The notes beneath the pieces were generated by a model that worked only from the letters and a program-made list of their open reading frames with translations, did no database searches and was not told the DNA's origin. This document shows, piece by piece, positions 9,785 through 19,931 of a stretch of 64,000 nt of DNA. The position numbers were made by a program, and so were the translations under genes. Source of the stretch: an uncultured Gemmatimonadaceae bacterium (GTDB taxonomy: Bacteria > Gemmatimonadota > Gemmatimonadetes > Gemmatimonadales > Gemmatimonadaceae); contig CAWHHI010000003.1 in NCBI GenBank assembly GCA_963829055.1, positions 480,001 through 544,000 on the forward strand, given 5' to 3'. Numbering within the stretch: position 1 is the first letter of the stretch; each line of letters opens with the position of its first letter.

Positions 9785-10792
9785 CTAGTCGGTGGGTGCC
9801 GTCGCTCGCTCTTCGCGCCGCGTGACGACGACTGACGCCAATACACCGATGGCGAGAATGAGCGCCACGATGCCGAGCAGATAGAAATTGAAGCTCGGCC
9901 CCACGAAGTCGTTCAGCCACTTGGACGTGAGCATTTTCACGCCAACGAGGCCGAGGATGGCGGCGAGGGAGACCTTCAGGTACCGGAACTTCGTGATCGC
10001 GCCCGCGAGGGCGAAATACAGGGAGCGAAGTCCGAGGATCGCGAACACGTTGCTCGTGAACACGATGAACGGGTCGGTCGTGATCGCGAAGATCGCCGGG
10101 ATGGAATCGACCGCGAAGATGAGATCAGTCGTCTCCACGAGCACCAGCGCGACCGCCAACGGCGTCAGCATCCAACGCCCGCCGTCGCGAATGAGGAAGT
10201 GCGACTCGCGGTAGTCCTCGCAAACCGGGAACACGCGCTTGACGATGCGCATGACGATCGCCTCGTCGGGATCCGTGGCCTCGTCCGTTTTCGACCACAG
10301 CATCTTCAGCGCGGTGTAGACCAGAAACACGCCGAAGAGGTAGAGAATCCAGTGGTACCGCGTCACCAGCTGCGCGCCGAGCCCGATCATCGTCCCACGC
10401 ATAGCCAGCGCGCCGAGGATGCCCCAGAACAACACGCGATGCTGGAATTTCGGCGGTACCCGAAGGTGTTCGAAGATCATCGCGATCACGAACACGTTGT
10501 CGGCGCTCAGCGACACCTCGATGATGTAGCCGGTGAAGAATTTCACCGCCGCGAGTCGGCCATCGTTGACGACGCCGTCCACACGATCGACGTGCTGCCC
10601 TAGGCCCAGCCAGTGATGCTCGTACGCGAAGTAGACGAACACGCCGAACAGCGTCGCGATCGCGACGACAGCGACGGTGAACGTCAGCGCTTCCTTCACC
10701 GACACGACGTGGGCTTTCCGGTTCAGAACGCCCAGGTCCAGCGCGAGCACTAGAAAGATGAAGAGGAGAAATCCCCCCCAAACCCAGATCAC
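9785..10792 (-). CDS. TerC/Alx family membrane protein
   Basis: YIIEVSLSADNVFV, QHRVLFWGILGA, ETTDLIFAVDSIPA, FTSNVFAILGLRSLYF. Confidence 0.93.
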   Translation of the reverse strand: MIWVWGGFLLFIFLVLALDLGVLNRKAHVVSVKEALTFTVAVVAIATLFGVFVYFAYEHHWLGLGQHVDRVDGVVNDGRLAAVKFFTGYIIEVSLSADNVFVIAMIFEHLRVPPKFQHRVLFWGILGALAMRGTMIGLGAQLVTRYHWILYLFGVFLVYTALKMLWSKTDEATDPDEAIVMRIVKRVFPVCEDYRESHFLIRDGGRWMLTPLAVALVLVETTDLIFAVDSIPAIFAITTDPFIVFTSNVFAILGLRSLYFALAGAITKFRYLKVSLAAILGLVGVKMLTSKWLNDFVGPSFNFYLLGIVALILAIGVLASVVVTRREERATAPTD

Positions 10793-10804
10793 CGAATCGA
10801 TCGG

Positions 10805-10915
10805 TCACCCCCTGTCGTGGAGCGCGCACGTGCGCACCCCGGGTTCTCCAGTCACTGCCATCGTGGCGTGCCCGGTGATACTCCGTGAACCGACTGCGGC
10901 GAAGATGCCGAACAT
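10805..10915 (-). CDS. Putative 36-aa leaderless upstream ORF of the TerC gene
   Basis: TATCAT-6 nt-ATG; ORF MFGIFAAVGSRSITGHATMAVTGEPGVRTCALHDRG; its end overlaps the AGGGGG SD-like sequence before the TerC GTG. Confidence 0.35.
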   Translation of the reverse strand: MFGIFAAVGSRSITGHATMAVTGEPGVRTCALHDRG

Positions 10916-10975
10916 GCCGCGATGATACCCGCCACCGTCGCGAGCCAAACACCTTTGTCGCCCCCATCGAAGCAG

Positions 10976-12958
10976 TTACCCGCGCGATCGACCCGCCGCC
11001 CCGGATGTGCTTGTGAGTGCTTCGGCCCGTTCCGTTGCAGTCGTCCAGCTTTCGATTGCGCGCTCCAGCGCCGCCTTCGCCTGATCGAGCTCGGCACCGA
11101 GACGTGTGGCAGATGCCGCGCCACCAGTCGTCGTGTACAGTTCGGGATCGGCAAGGGTCGTTGTCAGCGCCAAGATCGTGCGCTCGAGTTTCGCGACTGT
11201 CTGCTCGGCGGTTTCTGCCTCGCGTTGTGCCTGACGCAGTGCGTCCTTCTGATCGCGCGAGCTCGTGTCGCGGCCCTTTACGGCCTGTCGCTCGCGCATG
11301 CGATGCGTGGCCGCCTCCTCCGAGGCTTTGACTTTTGCCGCGTGCGCCCGCTCGGCACTCACGACCTCCCATTCGCCGAAGCTTCCGTCGAACTCGGTGA
11401 TGTGACGGTCGTGGAGTACCCACATGCGGCCTGTCAGCGCGCGTAGGAGCGCTCGGTCGTGACTCACGATCATCACGGTGCCATCGTACGACTCGATCGC
11501 GTCCTCCAGCGCCTCGATCGATTCCACGTCGAGGTGGTTCGTTGGCTCATCGAGAATGAGTAGGTTCGCGCGCGCGAGCATCATCATCGCCAACGCAACT
11601 CTCGCGCGCTCGCCACCCGACAGCGACTCGGCGCGACGCTGGGCCTCGTCGCCGGAGAAACCGAAGCGACCGAGGTGACCCTGGATCATTCCGCGTTCCC
11701 ACGTCGGCCGTAGCTCCGCAATGATGTCGTACAGCGGGCGATCGATCGGGACCTGCGCGAGGTCCTGCCGGTAGTACGCGACCGTCGTTGAGCTCCCGAG
11801 CCGCACGGTTCCCGCGGCGGGCTCCATCTCGCCCAGCAATGTACGGAGCAACGTCGACTTGCCCGCGCCGTTCGGGCCGATCAGACCGAGACGGTCGCCA
11901 CGCCGGACATGTGCGGTGAATCTGTCGATCAGGATTCGATCCCCGATCGATATGCGTGCCTTGTCGGCAACGGCAACCACATCGCCCCCTCGCTCTGCAA
12001 CCTCGAAGCGGATGGCCATGATCGCCCCGCCGGTCTCGTCGGGTGGAGGGCTGAGCCGAGGCAGTCGCTCGAGTCGCTTTCGCCGACCCTTTGCCTGCTT
12101 GCTGTTCTGCCCGGCGATGTTCCGCCTGATGTAATCCTGTTCACCGGCGACCTGGCGTTTCTGCTTGTCGAACGCGCGCTGTTGCGTGAGTCGCCGTTCC
12201 ACACGCTGGTTCACGAACGACTCGTAGCCGCAGGCGTAGGTAGTCGTTGTGCCGTTCTCGACGTGCAGCGTATGGTCGATCACGTTCGCGAGAAACGCGC
12301 GGTCGTGGCTGATCAGAAGCACCGTCGCGTTCGTCTCGAGGAGGTAGCTCTCGAGCCACTCGGTCGTTTCGAGATCCAGGTGGTTCGTCGGCTCGTCGAG
12401 CAATAGCACATCGGCCGGAGCAACGAGCTGTCGGGCCAGACCAACGCGTCCGCGCTCGCCGCCGCTGAGCGTGTCCAGTTGCTTCGATCTCGCCTCGGTC
12501 GGGTCGAACCCAAGCCCGTGCAGAACGGCATCGACGCGCGCGGTGACTTCGTAGCCGCCCTCACGCTCGAATCGTTCGAGATCGTGCGAGTACTGGTCGA
12601 GCATTTGCGGCGTCGCCGCTTCACCGAGGCGACCGATCTCGGTCGACTGCTCACCGAGTGACCGCTCCAGATCGAGCAGATGCTCGAACGCACCAGCCAC
12701 ACCTTGCCATACGGTTGTCGCATCACCGAAATCGCGGTGCTGCTCGAGGAGCGTTATGCGCGTGCCGGGCGCCCGCACGATAACGCCTCGCGTAGGTTCG
12801 AGCGCCCCCGTGACGAGGTTGAACAGGGTCGTCTTTCCGGTCCCGTTCCGGCCGATGATGCCCCACTTTTCTCCGGACGCGATCGTGAACGTCACGTCAC
12901 GCAGGATCGTGCTGTCGCCGAACTCCACCGCGACGTTCGATAGCGCGATCTGCGTCAT
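10976..12958 (-). CDS. ABC-F family ATPase
   Basis: Two ABC domains (GRNGTGKT/LSGGE/LDEPTNHLD; GPNGAGKS/LSGGE/LDEPTNHLD), no TM segments, C-terminal coiled coil. Confidence 0.93.
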   Translation of the reverse strand: MTQIALSNVAVEFGDSTILRDVTFTIASGEKWGIIGRNGTGKTTLFNLVTGALEPTRGVIVRAPGTRITLLEQHRDFGDATTVWQGVAGAFEHLLDLERSLGEQSTEIGRLGEAATPQMLDQYSHDLERFEREGGYEVTARVDAVLHGLGFDPTEARSKQLDTLSGGERGRVGLARQLVAPADVLLLDEPTNHLDLETTEWLESYLLETNATVLLISHDRAFLANVIDHTLHVENGTTTTYACGYESFVNQRVERRLTQQRAFDKQKRQVAGEQDYIRRNIAGQNSKQAKGRRKRLERLPRLSPPPDETGGAIMAIRFEVAERGGDVVAVADKARISIGDRILIDRFTAHVRRGDRLGLIGPNGAGKSTLLRTLLGEMEPAAGTVRLGSSTTVAYYRQDLAQVPIDRPLYDIIAELRPTWERGMIQGHLGRFGFSGDEAQRRAESLSGGERARVALAMMMLARANLLILDEPTNHLDVESIEALEDAIESYDGTVMIVSHDRALLRALTGRMWVLHDRHITEFDGSFGEWEVVSAERAHAAKVKASEEAATHRMRERQAVKGRDTSSRDQKDALRQAQREAETAEQTVAKLERTILALTTTLADPELYTTTGGAASATRLGAELDQAKAALERAIESWTTATERAEALTSTSGAAGRSRG

Positions 12959-12965
12959 GAGGCGC

Positions 12966-13352
12966 TCATCCCTGCACCCACGAAGTCCACTCCGGCTCGG
13001 CGAGTCCGATGGTGAGACGACTGGCGGCCCGTGCCAGCGGGATCTTCAGCAGCATCGGGTCGTCGACGAGCTTTTCCAACCAGCGTGTATCGCTGTATTG
13101 CGCGTGGGCATACCCGAGTTCCTGGTATCGCTTTGAATTCCGATCAATGAGCGCTTGGGTCCCAAACTTCTGTGCGAAGCGGTTGAGCTCACCGAGCGAC
13201 GCCGCTCGCTCAGCGAGGTCGACGAAATGGGTTTTCACACGGCGTTCGGCGAAGAAGCGCAGCGCTTTGCGAGTGTCCGCGTTCTTCTTGAAGCCGAAGA
13301 TCTGAACTTCCACGGGCTGGAAAAACGAAGGTGATGGAACGGGCGATGTCAT
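12966..13352 (-). CDS. ArsC/Spx/YffB-like protein lacking cysteines
   Basis: QIFGFKKNADTRKALRFF ... DPMLLKIPL ... TIG pattern. Confidence 0.75.
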   Translation of the reverse strand: MTSPVPSPSFFQPVEVQIFGFKKNADTRKALRFFAERRVKTHFVDLAERAASLGELNRFAQKFGTQALIDRNSKRYQELGYAHAQYSDTRWLEKLVDDPMLLKIPLARAASRLTIGLAEPEWTSWVQG

Positions 13353-13392
13353 CACGGACCGGCGTCCGGGCGAGCAGGAGAAATCTACGCCG

Positions 13393-14415
13393 ATGGTAGC
13401 CAGGACCTACTCCCCATCCTGGTGGCTTCCCGGGCCGCACGCGAGAACGATGTGGGGCCGCTTCTTCAGGCGTACACCGCCGCTCGGGACTCGCGTCGAG
13501 CGATGGGATACCGAGGATGGAGATTTCATCGACATGGTGCGTCTCGATGCTGCGGCGGGGCGTCCGCATCTCGTGATCCTTCACGGACTGGAGGGAACAC
13601 CGCGATCGCACTACGCCCGTGGGCTGTTTCTGGAAGCGGCGCGACGCGGGTGGGCGGCCGACCTCCTCATCTTTCGCGGCTGCGGCGAGGAGCTCAACCG
13701 CGCTCCGCGGTTCTATCACTCGGGCGACACGGGTGACGTCGACGCTGTCGTGCGTCGCCTGCTCGCTGCCGATCACGACGCGCCGTTCGTCTTCGCTGGC
13801 GTTTCACTCGGCGGGAACGTGCTGCTGAAATGGCTTGGTGAGCTCGGGGAATCGGCGCCGTCACGCATTCGGGCGGCGGCTGCTGTCTCTGTTCCGTTCG
13901 ATCTGGCACGTGCCTCACGACACATTGGGCACGGCTTCGCGCGTGTGTACCAGACACACTTTCTCAAGTCACTGCGCCGGAAAGCCCTGGCGAAGCTCGA
14001 ACGCTATCCGCAGCTCGTTCCGCGCGAGCGCATCGAGTCGGCACGCACGTTGTATGACTTTGATGACGCGGTGACTGCTCCAGTGCACGGCTTCAGCGAT
14101 GCGAACGACTATTACACTCGTTCGAGCTCGATTCGATTCCTTCCGGATATTCGTGTGCGGACGCTGCTCCTCAACGCTATTGATGATCCGTTCCTTCCGC
14201 GTGATGTGTTGCATCAGGTCAGGCGTATCGCCGCGGGTAACGACTGTCTCGAGGTGGAGTTTCCCGCGACCGGTGGACACGTGGGATTCGTGTCGGGCCG
14301 GAACCCGCTTCGCCCGTTCTACTATGCGGAGTGGCGGGTGACCGAATTCCTGGAGCATGCGTTGACGACGGCTTACGATCCCGCGGTTGGCGCATTACGA
14401 TCAGTCGCGACGTGA
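13393..14415 (+). CDS. YheT-like alpha/beta hydrolase
   Basis: LHGLEG, GVSLGG nucleophile elbow, DDPF, GGHVGF. Confidence 0.88.
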   Translation: MVARTYSPSWWLPGPHARTMWGRFFRRTPPLGTRVERWDTEDGDFIDMVRLDAAAGRPHLVILHGLEGTPRSHYARGLFLEAARRGWAADLLIFRGCGEELNRAPRFYHSGDTGDVDAVVRRLLAADHDAPFVFAGVSLGGNVLLKWLGELGESAPSRIRAAAAVSVPFDLARASRHIGHGFARVYQTHFLKSLRRKALAKLERYPQLVPRERIESARTLYDFDDAVTAPVHGFSDANDYYTRSSSIRFLPDIRVRTLLLNAIDDPFLPRDVLHQVRRIAAGNDCLEVEFPATGGHVGFVSGRNPLRPFYYAEWRVTEFLEHALTTAYDPAVGALRSVAT

Positions 14416-14485
14416 CGACGCTCGGACCTACGGGCGCCGCTTCCTGTTCACGATGGACTAGCACGGCTCGATTCTCACCGCACTG

Positions 14486-15046
14486 ATGCAGCTCTTCTAT
14501 CTCGCAGCGTTTCTGACCGGCTTGCTGCTCGGCGTCTATGCGATGATCCGTGGTGTCGAGCGCATTGGCACTGGGAATCGCTCACCCGAGCTCGACGCGA
14601 TGGGTCGGCCCATTGGCGTACCTCGCATGGCACTCAGCGCGCCGACGGTTGGTGCGTTCGCCACCGTGTTTGGTATTACCGGGTACCTCCTGTGGCGGTA
14701 CAGCGCACTGGAGCTTTCCCTGCAGTTGACGATCGGGCTCGCGGCGGCGTTGGTGGGCACGGTGATCGCAACCATCGCCGTGAGGCGCTGGGCGACGCTG
14801 GCGGCCGAGCACGACAGCGTCGATGAGCGATACCTCCTGCAGGGACATCCCGCGCAGGTTGTCTCGGCCATCGAGCAAACGGGGAGCGGCGAGATTGCGT
14901 ATTTCGTAGGTGGCAAGCGGTATGCGACCGCTGCCCAGAGCCTCGACGGCACGCCAGTCGCTGTCGGAACGGAAGTCATCATCGACAGGGTCGAGGGCGG
15001 CGTGGCTTACGTCGAGTCGTGGGTGGAAGTGGAGCAGCGACTATAG
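14486..15046 (+). CDS. NfeD-like membrane protein with C-terminal OB domain
   Basis: Three hydrophobic segments then G..AQVVSAI..GEI..A.S.DG.PV.VGTEVII.RVEGGVAYV. Confidence 0.7.
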   Translation: MQLFYLAAFLTGLLLGVYAMIRGVERIGTGNRSPELDAMGRPIGVPRMALSAPTVGAFATVFGITGYLLWRYSALELSLQLTIGLAAALVGTVIATIAVRRWATLAAEHDSVDERYLLQGHPAQVVSAIEQTGSGEIAYFVGGKRYATAAQSLDGTPVAVGTEVIIDRVEGGVAYVESWVEVEQRL

Positions 15047-15121
15047 CGCGTTCGCTGTAGCGCACGGAACGCCGAAGGTCGGCATCTGGTGCTGACCCGC
15101 ATGCAGTGAGGAGGTGGCACC

Positions 15122-15413
15122 ATGTCCGACGCCGCGATTTTCGCGATCGTGTTCGTGTCCATCTTCGTGCTGCGGATTGCTCGCGGCGACGCTCGTGTTC
15201 TACTGGATCCTCCCGCAGAACGATCGCTGCCCGAACTGCAACGCGATCACGTTGCACATGCAGTCCCGGGGACTTGGACGGTGGATGCGATGGCTCCGCT
15301 CCAGCTGGTGCATCAGCTGCGGGTGGACTGGGATGCTCCGCCACGGTCCGGTAAGCCAGGCGCCGACCGCCCCAGTGAGTGTTCCTGTAGAGCGTCACCG
15401 GTCGGCGACGTAG
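15122..15413 (+). CDS. Small membrane protein with zinc ribbon; +1 frame break near 15180
   Basis: GAGGAGG SD before ATG 15122; hydrophobic N-terminus continues in next frame into CPNC ... CISC. Confidence 0.6.
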
Positions 15414-15679
15414 AGCCGAATCCACGGCGGCCAGTTCCCACTGAGCTCGAAGTACTCGTCGAAGTAGACGAGTCCGGCCCCTTCGAGATCATCGAGGATG
15501 TCGCGGAGGGCCGTGTCGTCGGGAATCGGACCGATCATGATGAGGCCTCCGTCGACAGTGAACTCATCGGCGGTGAGGTTGAGTCGTTCATCGATGGCGG
15601 CGCGCGTGAGGTTTGCGCGTTCGTACGCGTCGCGCTTGATGAGCAGCATCGATTGACCCGCCGGGATCTCATGCGCCAT
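15395..15679 (-). CDS. Hypothetical acidic protein (94 aa)
   Basis: GAGG SD; protein-like composition and GC3-rich codons. Confidence 0.7.
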   Translation of the reverse strand: MAHEIPAGQSMLLIKRDAYERANLTRAAIDERLNLTADEFTVDGGLIMIGPIPDDTALRDILDDLEGAGLVYFDEYFELSGNWPPWIRLYVADR

Positions 15680-15786
15680 CAGCAGTATCCTCTCGTTTCG
15701 AAGAGCACGCGCCGGGTGCTGGCGTAAGTCACGCCTGGCCGGGTCACGCTCGTCTGATGTTGTTCACCCGGATTCCTCCGCGACAG

Positions 15787-15792
15787 TAGCTT
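15787..15792 (+). promoter_or_regulatory. Putative -10 element TAGCTT of leaderless mnmG
   Basis: TANNNT 6 nt upstream of ATG 15799, no SD. Confidence 0.5.
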
Positions 15793-15798
15793 TCTCAC

Positions 15799-17790
15799 AT
15801 GCCACCGCACGATCCCTCACGACCACTGGAAGAAGAGTTCGACGTCATCGTCGTTGGCGCCGGGCACGCGGGCACCGAAGCAGCGGTTGCCGCCGCTCGT
15901 CTAGGCGCGCGCGTCGGACTCATAACGAGCGCGCTCGAGAGTATCGGGCAGATGTCGTGCAATCCAGCTATCGGCGGCGTCGCGAAAGGCACGGTCGTCC
16001 GCGAGGTCGACGCACTCGGTGGCATCATGGGCCGCGCCACGGACATGGCGACTCTTCAGTTCCGGATGCTGAATCGCGGCAAGGGTGCCGCTGTGTGGGC
16101 GCCTCGGGCGCAGTGCGATCGCGGCCTTTATCGAAGGGCGGTCCGCACTCTCATCGAGCAGCATCGGTCGCTCCGCTGCATTCAAGGGACGGTCGCGCGT
16201 CTGCTACTCGATGACGCTGCGGGGACGGTGCATGGTGTCGAAACTCTGGAGGGCCGACGCTTCGGCGCCCGCGCGGTTGTAGTCACGACCGGCACCTTCC
16301 TGCGCGGTCGCATTCACATCGGGACGGGTACGCGAATCGCTGGCGGGCGTGCCGGAGAGGCATCCTCCATCCACCTTGCGGAGCAGCTCGAGAATGCTGG
16401 GCTGACGGTGGCGCGGTTCAAGACCGGGACGCCTCCTCGGATCGACGGACGATCGGTGGACTTTTCGGGACTGGAGCGACAGGAGAGCGAGCTCGATCAA
16501 TTCCGTTACTCGTGGTCACACTTCTGGGCAGAAAGCAACGCGACACCGACTGGACAGTATCACGCTGCTACGAACGCCGCTCTGGAGTCACGACCTATCC
16601 GGCTCTCGCAGCAGCCTTGCTGGATCACCTTTCTCGGAGACGCGGGAAAACAGCTAATTACTGACAATCTGTCGGCATCAGCAATGTATGGTGGCGCCAT
16701 TGAGTCGCGAGGGCCACGCTACTGCCCATCCGTCGAAGACAAGGTGGTGAAGTTCCCGGATGCGGAGCGCCACCAGATTTTCCTCGAGCCCGAAGGGTTG
16801 GACACATCGGAGATGTACGTGAATGGGCTATCCACGTCACTGCCGGCTGACGTTCAGCTAGCAGTCCTCCAAACGATCCCCGGTCTCGCCGATGTCCGCA
16901 TGACGAGGGCCGGCTACGCGATCGAGTATGACTTCTTCCCACCGACGCAGCTGGATCCGGCGTTTCAGGTCAAGGCGCTTCACGGGCTGTACTTCGCTGG
17001 TCAGATCAACGGGACCACTGGTTACGAGGAAGCTGCGGGGCAGGGCGTGGTCGCGGGGCTCAACGCGGGCCTCGCCGCCCTGGATCGCCCGCCGATCTAC
17101 CTTGGCCGACACACGTCGTACATCGCCGTTCTCGCCGACGACCTGGTGACGCGAGGCGTGGATGAGCCGTATCGGCTCTTCACGTCGCGCTCCGAGTTCC
17201 GCCTGACGGTGCGCCAGGATAACGCGCTCCGACGTCTCGCTCCCATCGCGTTTGAACTGGGCCTTTACACCGACGCGGAACATCAACGCGCGGAGCGTCG
17301 CCTCGGAGCCGAAGAAGAAGCCATGGAGCTCGCCGGTGCAACGAGCATTCGGCCCGAATCCGCGGCACCGCTGCTGGACGCAGCCGGCAGCTCACCGCTA
17401 GCCCACGCCGTCCGACTTTCCGAGGTCGTGAAACGACAGGGCGTGTCCCTCTCCGACCTGTTTGCGGTGACCGGCGTCGGCGAGCATCTCGTGGCCGAGG
17501 CGGTGATTACCACCGAGCTCGAGCTCAAATACGCTGGGTACTTCGAACGGGAGCGGTCGCAGGCGGAGAAGCTCAAACGCATGGGCGAGTTTCTCTTGGA
17601 CGATAGCCTGGCCTACGATCGGATGCGTTCGCTATCGACGGAGGCTCGCCAGAAGTTGGCGAGCGTTCGTCCGCGGTCGCTCGCACAGGCGTCTCGCATC
17701 TCCGGCGTGAGCCCGAGTGATCTTCAGAACCTGGTCATCGAAGTCGAGCGTCAGCGCCGAGTTGCGGCGAGAAACGCAGAGGCGTCCTAA
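15799..17790 (+). CDS. mnmG: tRNA U34 carboxymethylaminomethyl modification enzyme
   Basis: VVGAGHAGTEAA, MSCNPAIGG, RFKTGTPPR, GPRYCPSVEDK, AGQINGTTGYEEAA. Confidence 0.98.
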   Translation: MPPHDPSRPLEEEFDVIVVGAGHAGTEAAVAAARLGARVGLITSALESIGQMSCNPAIGGVAKGTVVREVDALGGIMGRATDMATLQFRMLNRGKGAAVWAPRAQCDRGLYRRAVRTLIEQHRSLRCIQGTVARLLLDDAAGTVHGVETLEGRRFGARAVVVTTGTFLRGRIHIGTGTRIAGGRAGEASSIHLAEQLENAGLTVARFKTGTPPRIDGRSVDFSGLERQESELDQFRYSWSHFWAESNATPTGQYHAATNAALESRPIRLSQQPCWITFLGDAGKQLITDNLSASAMYGGAIESRGPRYCPSVEDKVVKFPDAERHQIFLEPEGLDTSEMYVNGLSTSLPADVQLAVLQTIPGLADVRMTRAGYAIEYDFFPPTQLDPAFQVKALHGLYFAGQINGTTGYEEAAGQGVVAGLNAGLAALDRPPIYLGRHTSYIAVLADDLVTRGVDEPYRLFTSRSEFRLTVRQDNALRRLAPIAFELGLYTDAEHQRAERRLGAEEEAMELAGATSIRPESAAPLLDAAGSSPLAHAVRLSEVVKRQGVSLSDLFAVTGVGEHLVAEAVITTELELKYAGYFERERSQAEKLKRMGEFLLDDSLAYDRMRSLSTEARQKLASVRPRSLAQASRISGVSPSDLQNLVIEVERQRRVAARNAEAS

Positions 17791-17876
17791 CCGCTAGGAA
17801 TCGTTGCCGCCGGCGGCGTGATGGCCGCTCGGGCCGCCGCCCCTGCGGTTTGCCTCCCCTCGGTCAGGTCTAGCGC

Positions 17877-19919
17877 GTGGCCAACCTTGAACGTTCACCC
17901 GAGCCGCATAGCTGGCGCTGGCTTGCGGTCGCCTTTGCCACGGTGGTGGCGGGCCTCGCTTTCCTTCCGCTCGTCAATTGGCTGCCTGGAGGCCACGCGG
18001 CACCGTGGTATTCGACCGTCCTCACGGAGTGGACGAGCGGATCGGCGATCGTCGTCGGGCTCGCGCTCGTGTTGGCGATCGTTTCCCGCCGGGTGAGTGG
18101 GGTCTGGCGCGACGGCGCGCTCGAGCCCGTGTCGGCGTGGGCCGACCGGCACGCCATGCTCTTTGGTCTCGTCCTCGGCGGTGCGTCGCTCGTGCTCTAC
18201 GCCGTGGTCGCATCGCGCGTGTTTTCGCGAGTCCCGATCTCGATCGACGAGCTCGTCCAGCTCGTGCAGGCCAGGACCTTCGCCGCCGGTCGGTTGTGGC
18301 AGCCTGCGTCCGCGACGCCGGAGTTCTATAGCGTCTTGAACGTGGTCGATGCCGACGGGCGTTACTACGGACAGTTCCCGCCTGGCGGTCCAGCCATGCT
18401 CTCGTTAGGCGTGCTGGTCGGCGCGCCGTGGCTGGTCGGTCCTGTGTGCGGCGCGGTGGCGGTGGCCGCGTTCTGGTCCTTCGTGCGGGTGGTAGAGCCC
18501 CGGCGCGAGGTCGCGGTCGGAGCGACGCTCCTGTTCGCGGTCGCGCCATTTGCTGTGTTCATGTCGGGGTCGCACATGAACCACGTGCCGACGATGATGT
18601 GGCTCGTCGTGGCAATGGCGGCGATGGCGCGTGTGGTGTCGTCATCAGCACCGGTGCCGCAGTTCGCGTTCGTGAACGGCGTGGCGCTCGGATGTGCAGC
18701 AACCATTCGGCCGGTGGATGCGTTTGCGTTCGCACTGCCCGCGGGCGTGTGGTACCTGTGGAATGCGTTAGGCAACCGCGCGCGATGGCGCGACGCTATC
18801 ACTTCGGGCGTGGGCGTGGCGATCCCGGTCGCGGCGATGATGTGGGTCAACGCGCACACGACGGGGAAGCCGCTGCTCTTCGGATATCAGGTGCTCTGGG
18901 GACACAGTCACGATCTCGGCTTTCACCGTGCGCCGTGGGGAATGGCTCACACGCCTGCGAGTGGCCTGGAGCTCATCAACCTCTATCTCCTCCGACTGCA
19001 GACGTACCTTTTCGAGTCGTCCGTGCCGTCGCTCCTGCCGTTTCTCGGCGCGTTGTTGCTGACGCGTACGTTGGACCGGTTCGATCGCTATCTACTGGCG
19101 ACTACGGTATTCCTGCTGGGGTTGTACTTCGCATACTGGCATGACGGGTTCCTTTTCGGACCACGCTTCGTTTTCCCGTTGTTGCCGATGCTCGTGCTGT
19201 GGACGGCTCGATTTCCGCGGCTGGTTCGCGAACGTTTCGGATCGGGGCTCCCCTACCGGGTGACGTGGTATGGGTTCGCGGTCGCTGCGGTCCTTGCGAT
19301 TTTCGTCTCGGTGCCGGCGCGCGCCCGTGAGTACGCGAGGTCGTTCGTGCCCATGCGGCTCGACTACCTGGCCGCGGCGCGGCGCGCGCGCGTCGACAAC
19401 GCGCTCATTTTCGTACGCGAGAGTTGGGGCACCCAGCTCATGGCGCGTATGTGGGCTCTCGGCGTTCCGCGGAGTGAGACGGAGTTACTCTACGGGAGCG
19501 TCGATGCGTGCGCACTGGAGCAGCGGATCGGATTCCTCGAGCGCAGTATGGTTCGTGACACGGCTGCGTTCAACGCGTTGGTTCCGCTGCTCGCGGACTC
19601 GTCTCGCACGATCAAGTCGCCGTTCTCCCTCGACGTCACTGAGCGCTACCTGCCAGGATCATCGTACGCTGCGGTGTGCGTCGAACGCATCAACGACGAT
19701 CGCTTGGGATTCACACTATTGGCGCCACTGTTGTACGCGGACTGGGGAACGAACCTGTACGCGCGCGACATGCACGACCGTAACGTCGCACTCATCCGTC
19801 GCTACCCTGACAGGCCGCTCTACCTCTTGCGGCCGGCGACGAATGACATCGGGTCTGCCCCGCAGTTGTTTCCGCTCTCGCGCGACTCTCTGCGCGCGGC
19901 GTGGGGCGGGGCGGAGTGA
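17877..19919 (+). CDS. Polytopic membrane glycosyltransferase, GT-C/PMT-like
   Basis: About 12 TM segments, acidic DE motif in first large loop (SIDE), QFPPG, TIRP, GPRF. Confidence 0.65.
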   Translation: MANLERSPEPHSWRWLAVAFATVVAGLAFLPLVNWLPGGHAAPWYSTVLTEWTSGSAIVVGLALVLAIVSRRVSGVWRDGALEPVSAWADRHAMLFGLVLGGASLVLYAVVASRVFSRVPISIDELVQLVQARTFAAGRLWQPASATPEFYSVLNVVDADGRYYGQFPPGGPAMLSLGVLVGAPWLVGPVCGAVAVAAFWSFVRVVEPRREVAVGATLLFAVAPFAVFMSGSHMNHVPTMMWLVVAMAAMARVVSSSAPVPQFAFVNGVALGCAATIRPVDAFAFALPAGVWYLWNALGNRARWRDAITSGVGVAIPVAAMMWVNAHTTGKPLLFGYQVLWGHSHDLGFHRAPWGMAHTPASGLELINLYLLRLQTYLFESSVPSLLPFLGALLLTRTLDRFDRYLLATTVFLLGLYFAYWHDGFLFGPRFVFPLLPMLVLWTARFPRLVRERFGSGLPYRVTWYGFAVAAVLAIFVSVPARAREYARSFVPMRLDYLAAARRARVDNALIFVRESWGTQLMARMWALGVPRSETELLYGSVDACALEQRIGFLERSMVRDTAAFNALVPLLADSSRTIKSPFSLDVTERYLPGSSYAAVCVERINDDRLGFTLLAPLLYADWGTNLYARDMHDRNVALIRRYPDRPLYLLRPATNDIGSAPQLFPLSRDSLRAAWGGAE

Positions 19920-19931
19920 TCGCGCGTTAGG

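Noticed and set aside
10125..11423. 432-aa Arg-rich ORF (similar cases at 30588-32159, 32053-33372, 35085-36137, 37544-38602)
   Set aside because: Alternative-frame or antisense ORFs over well-supported genes, with Arg/Ala/Pro-biased composition
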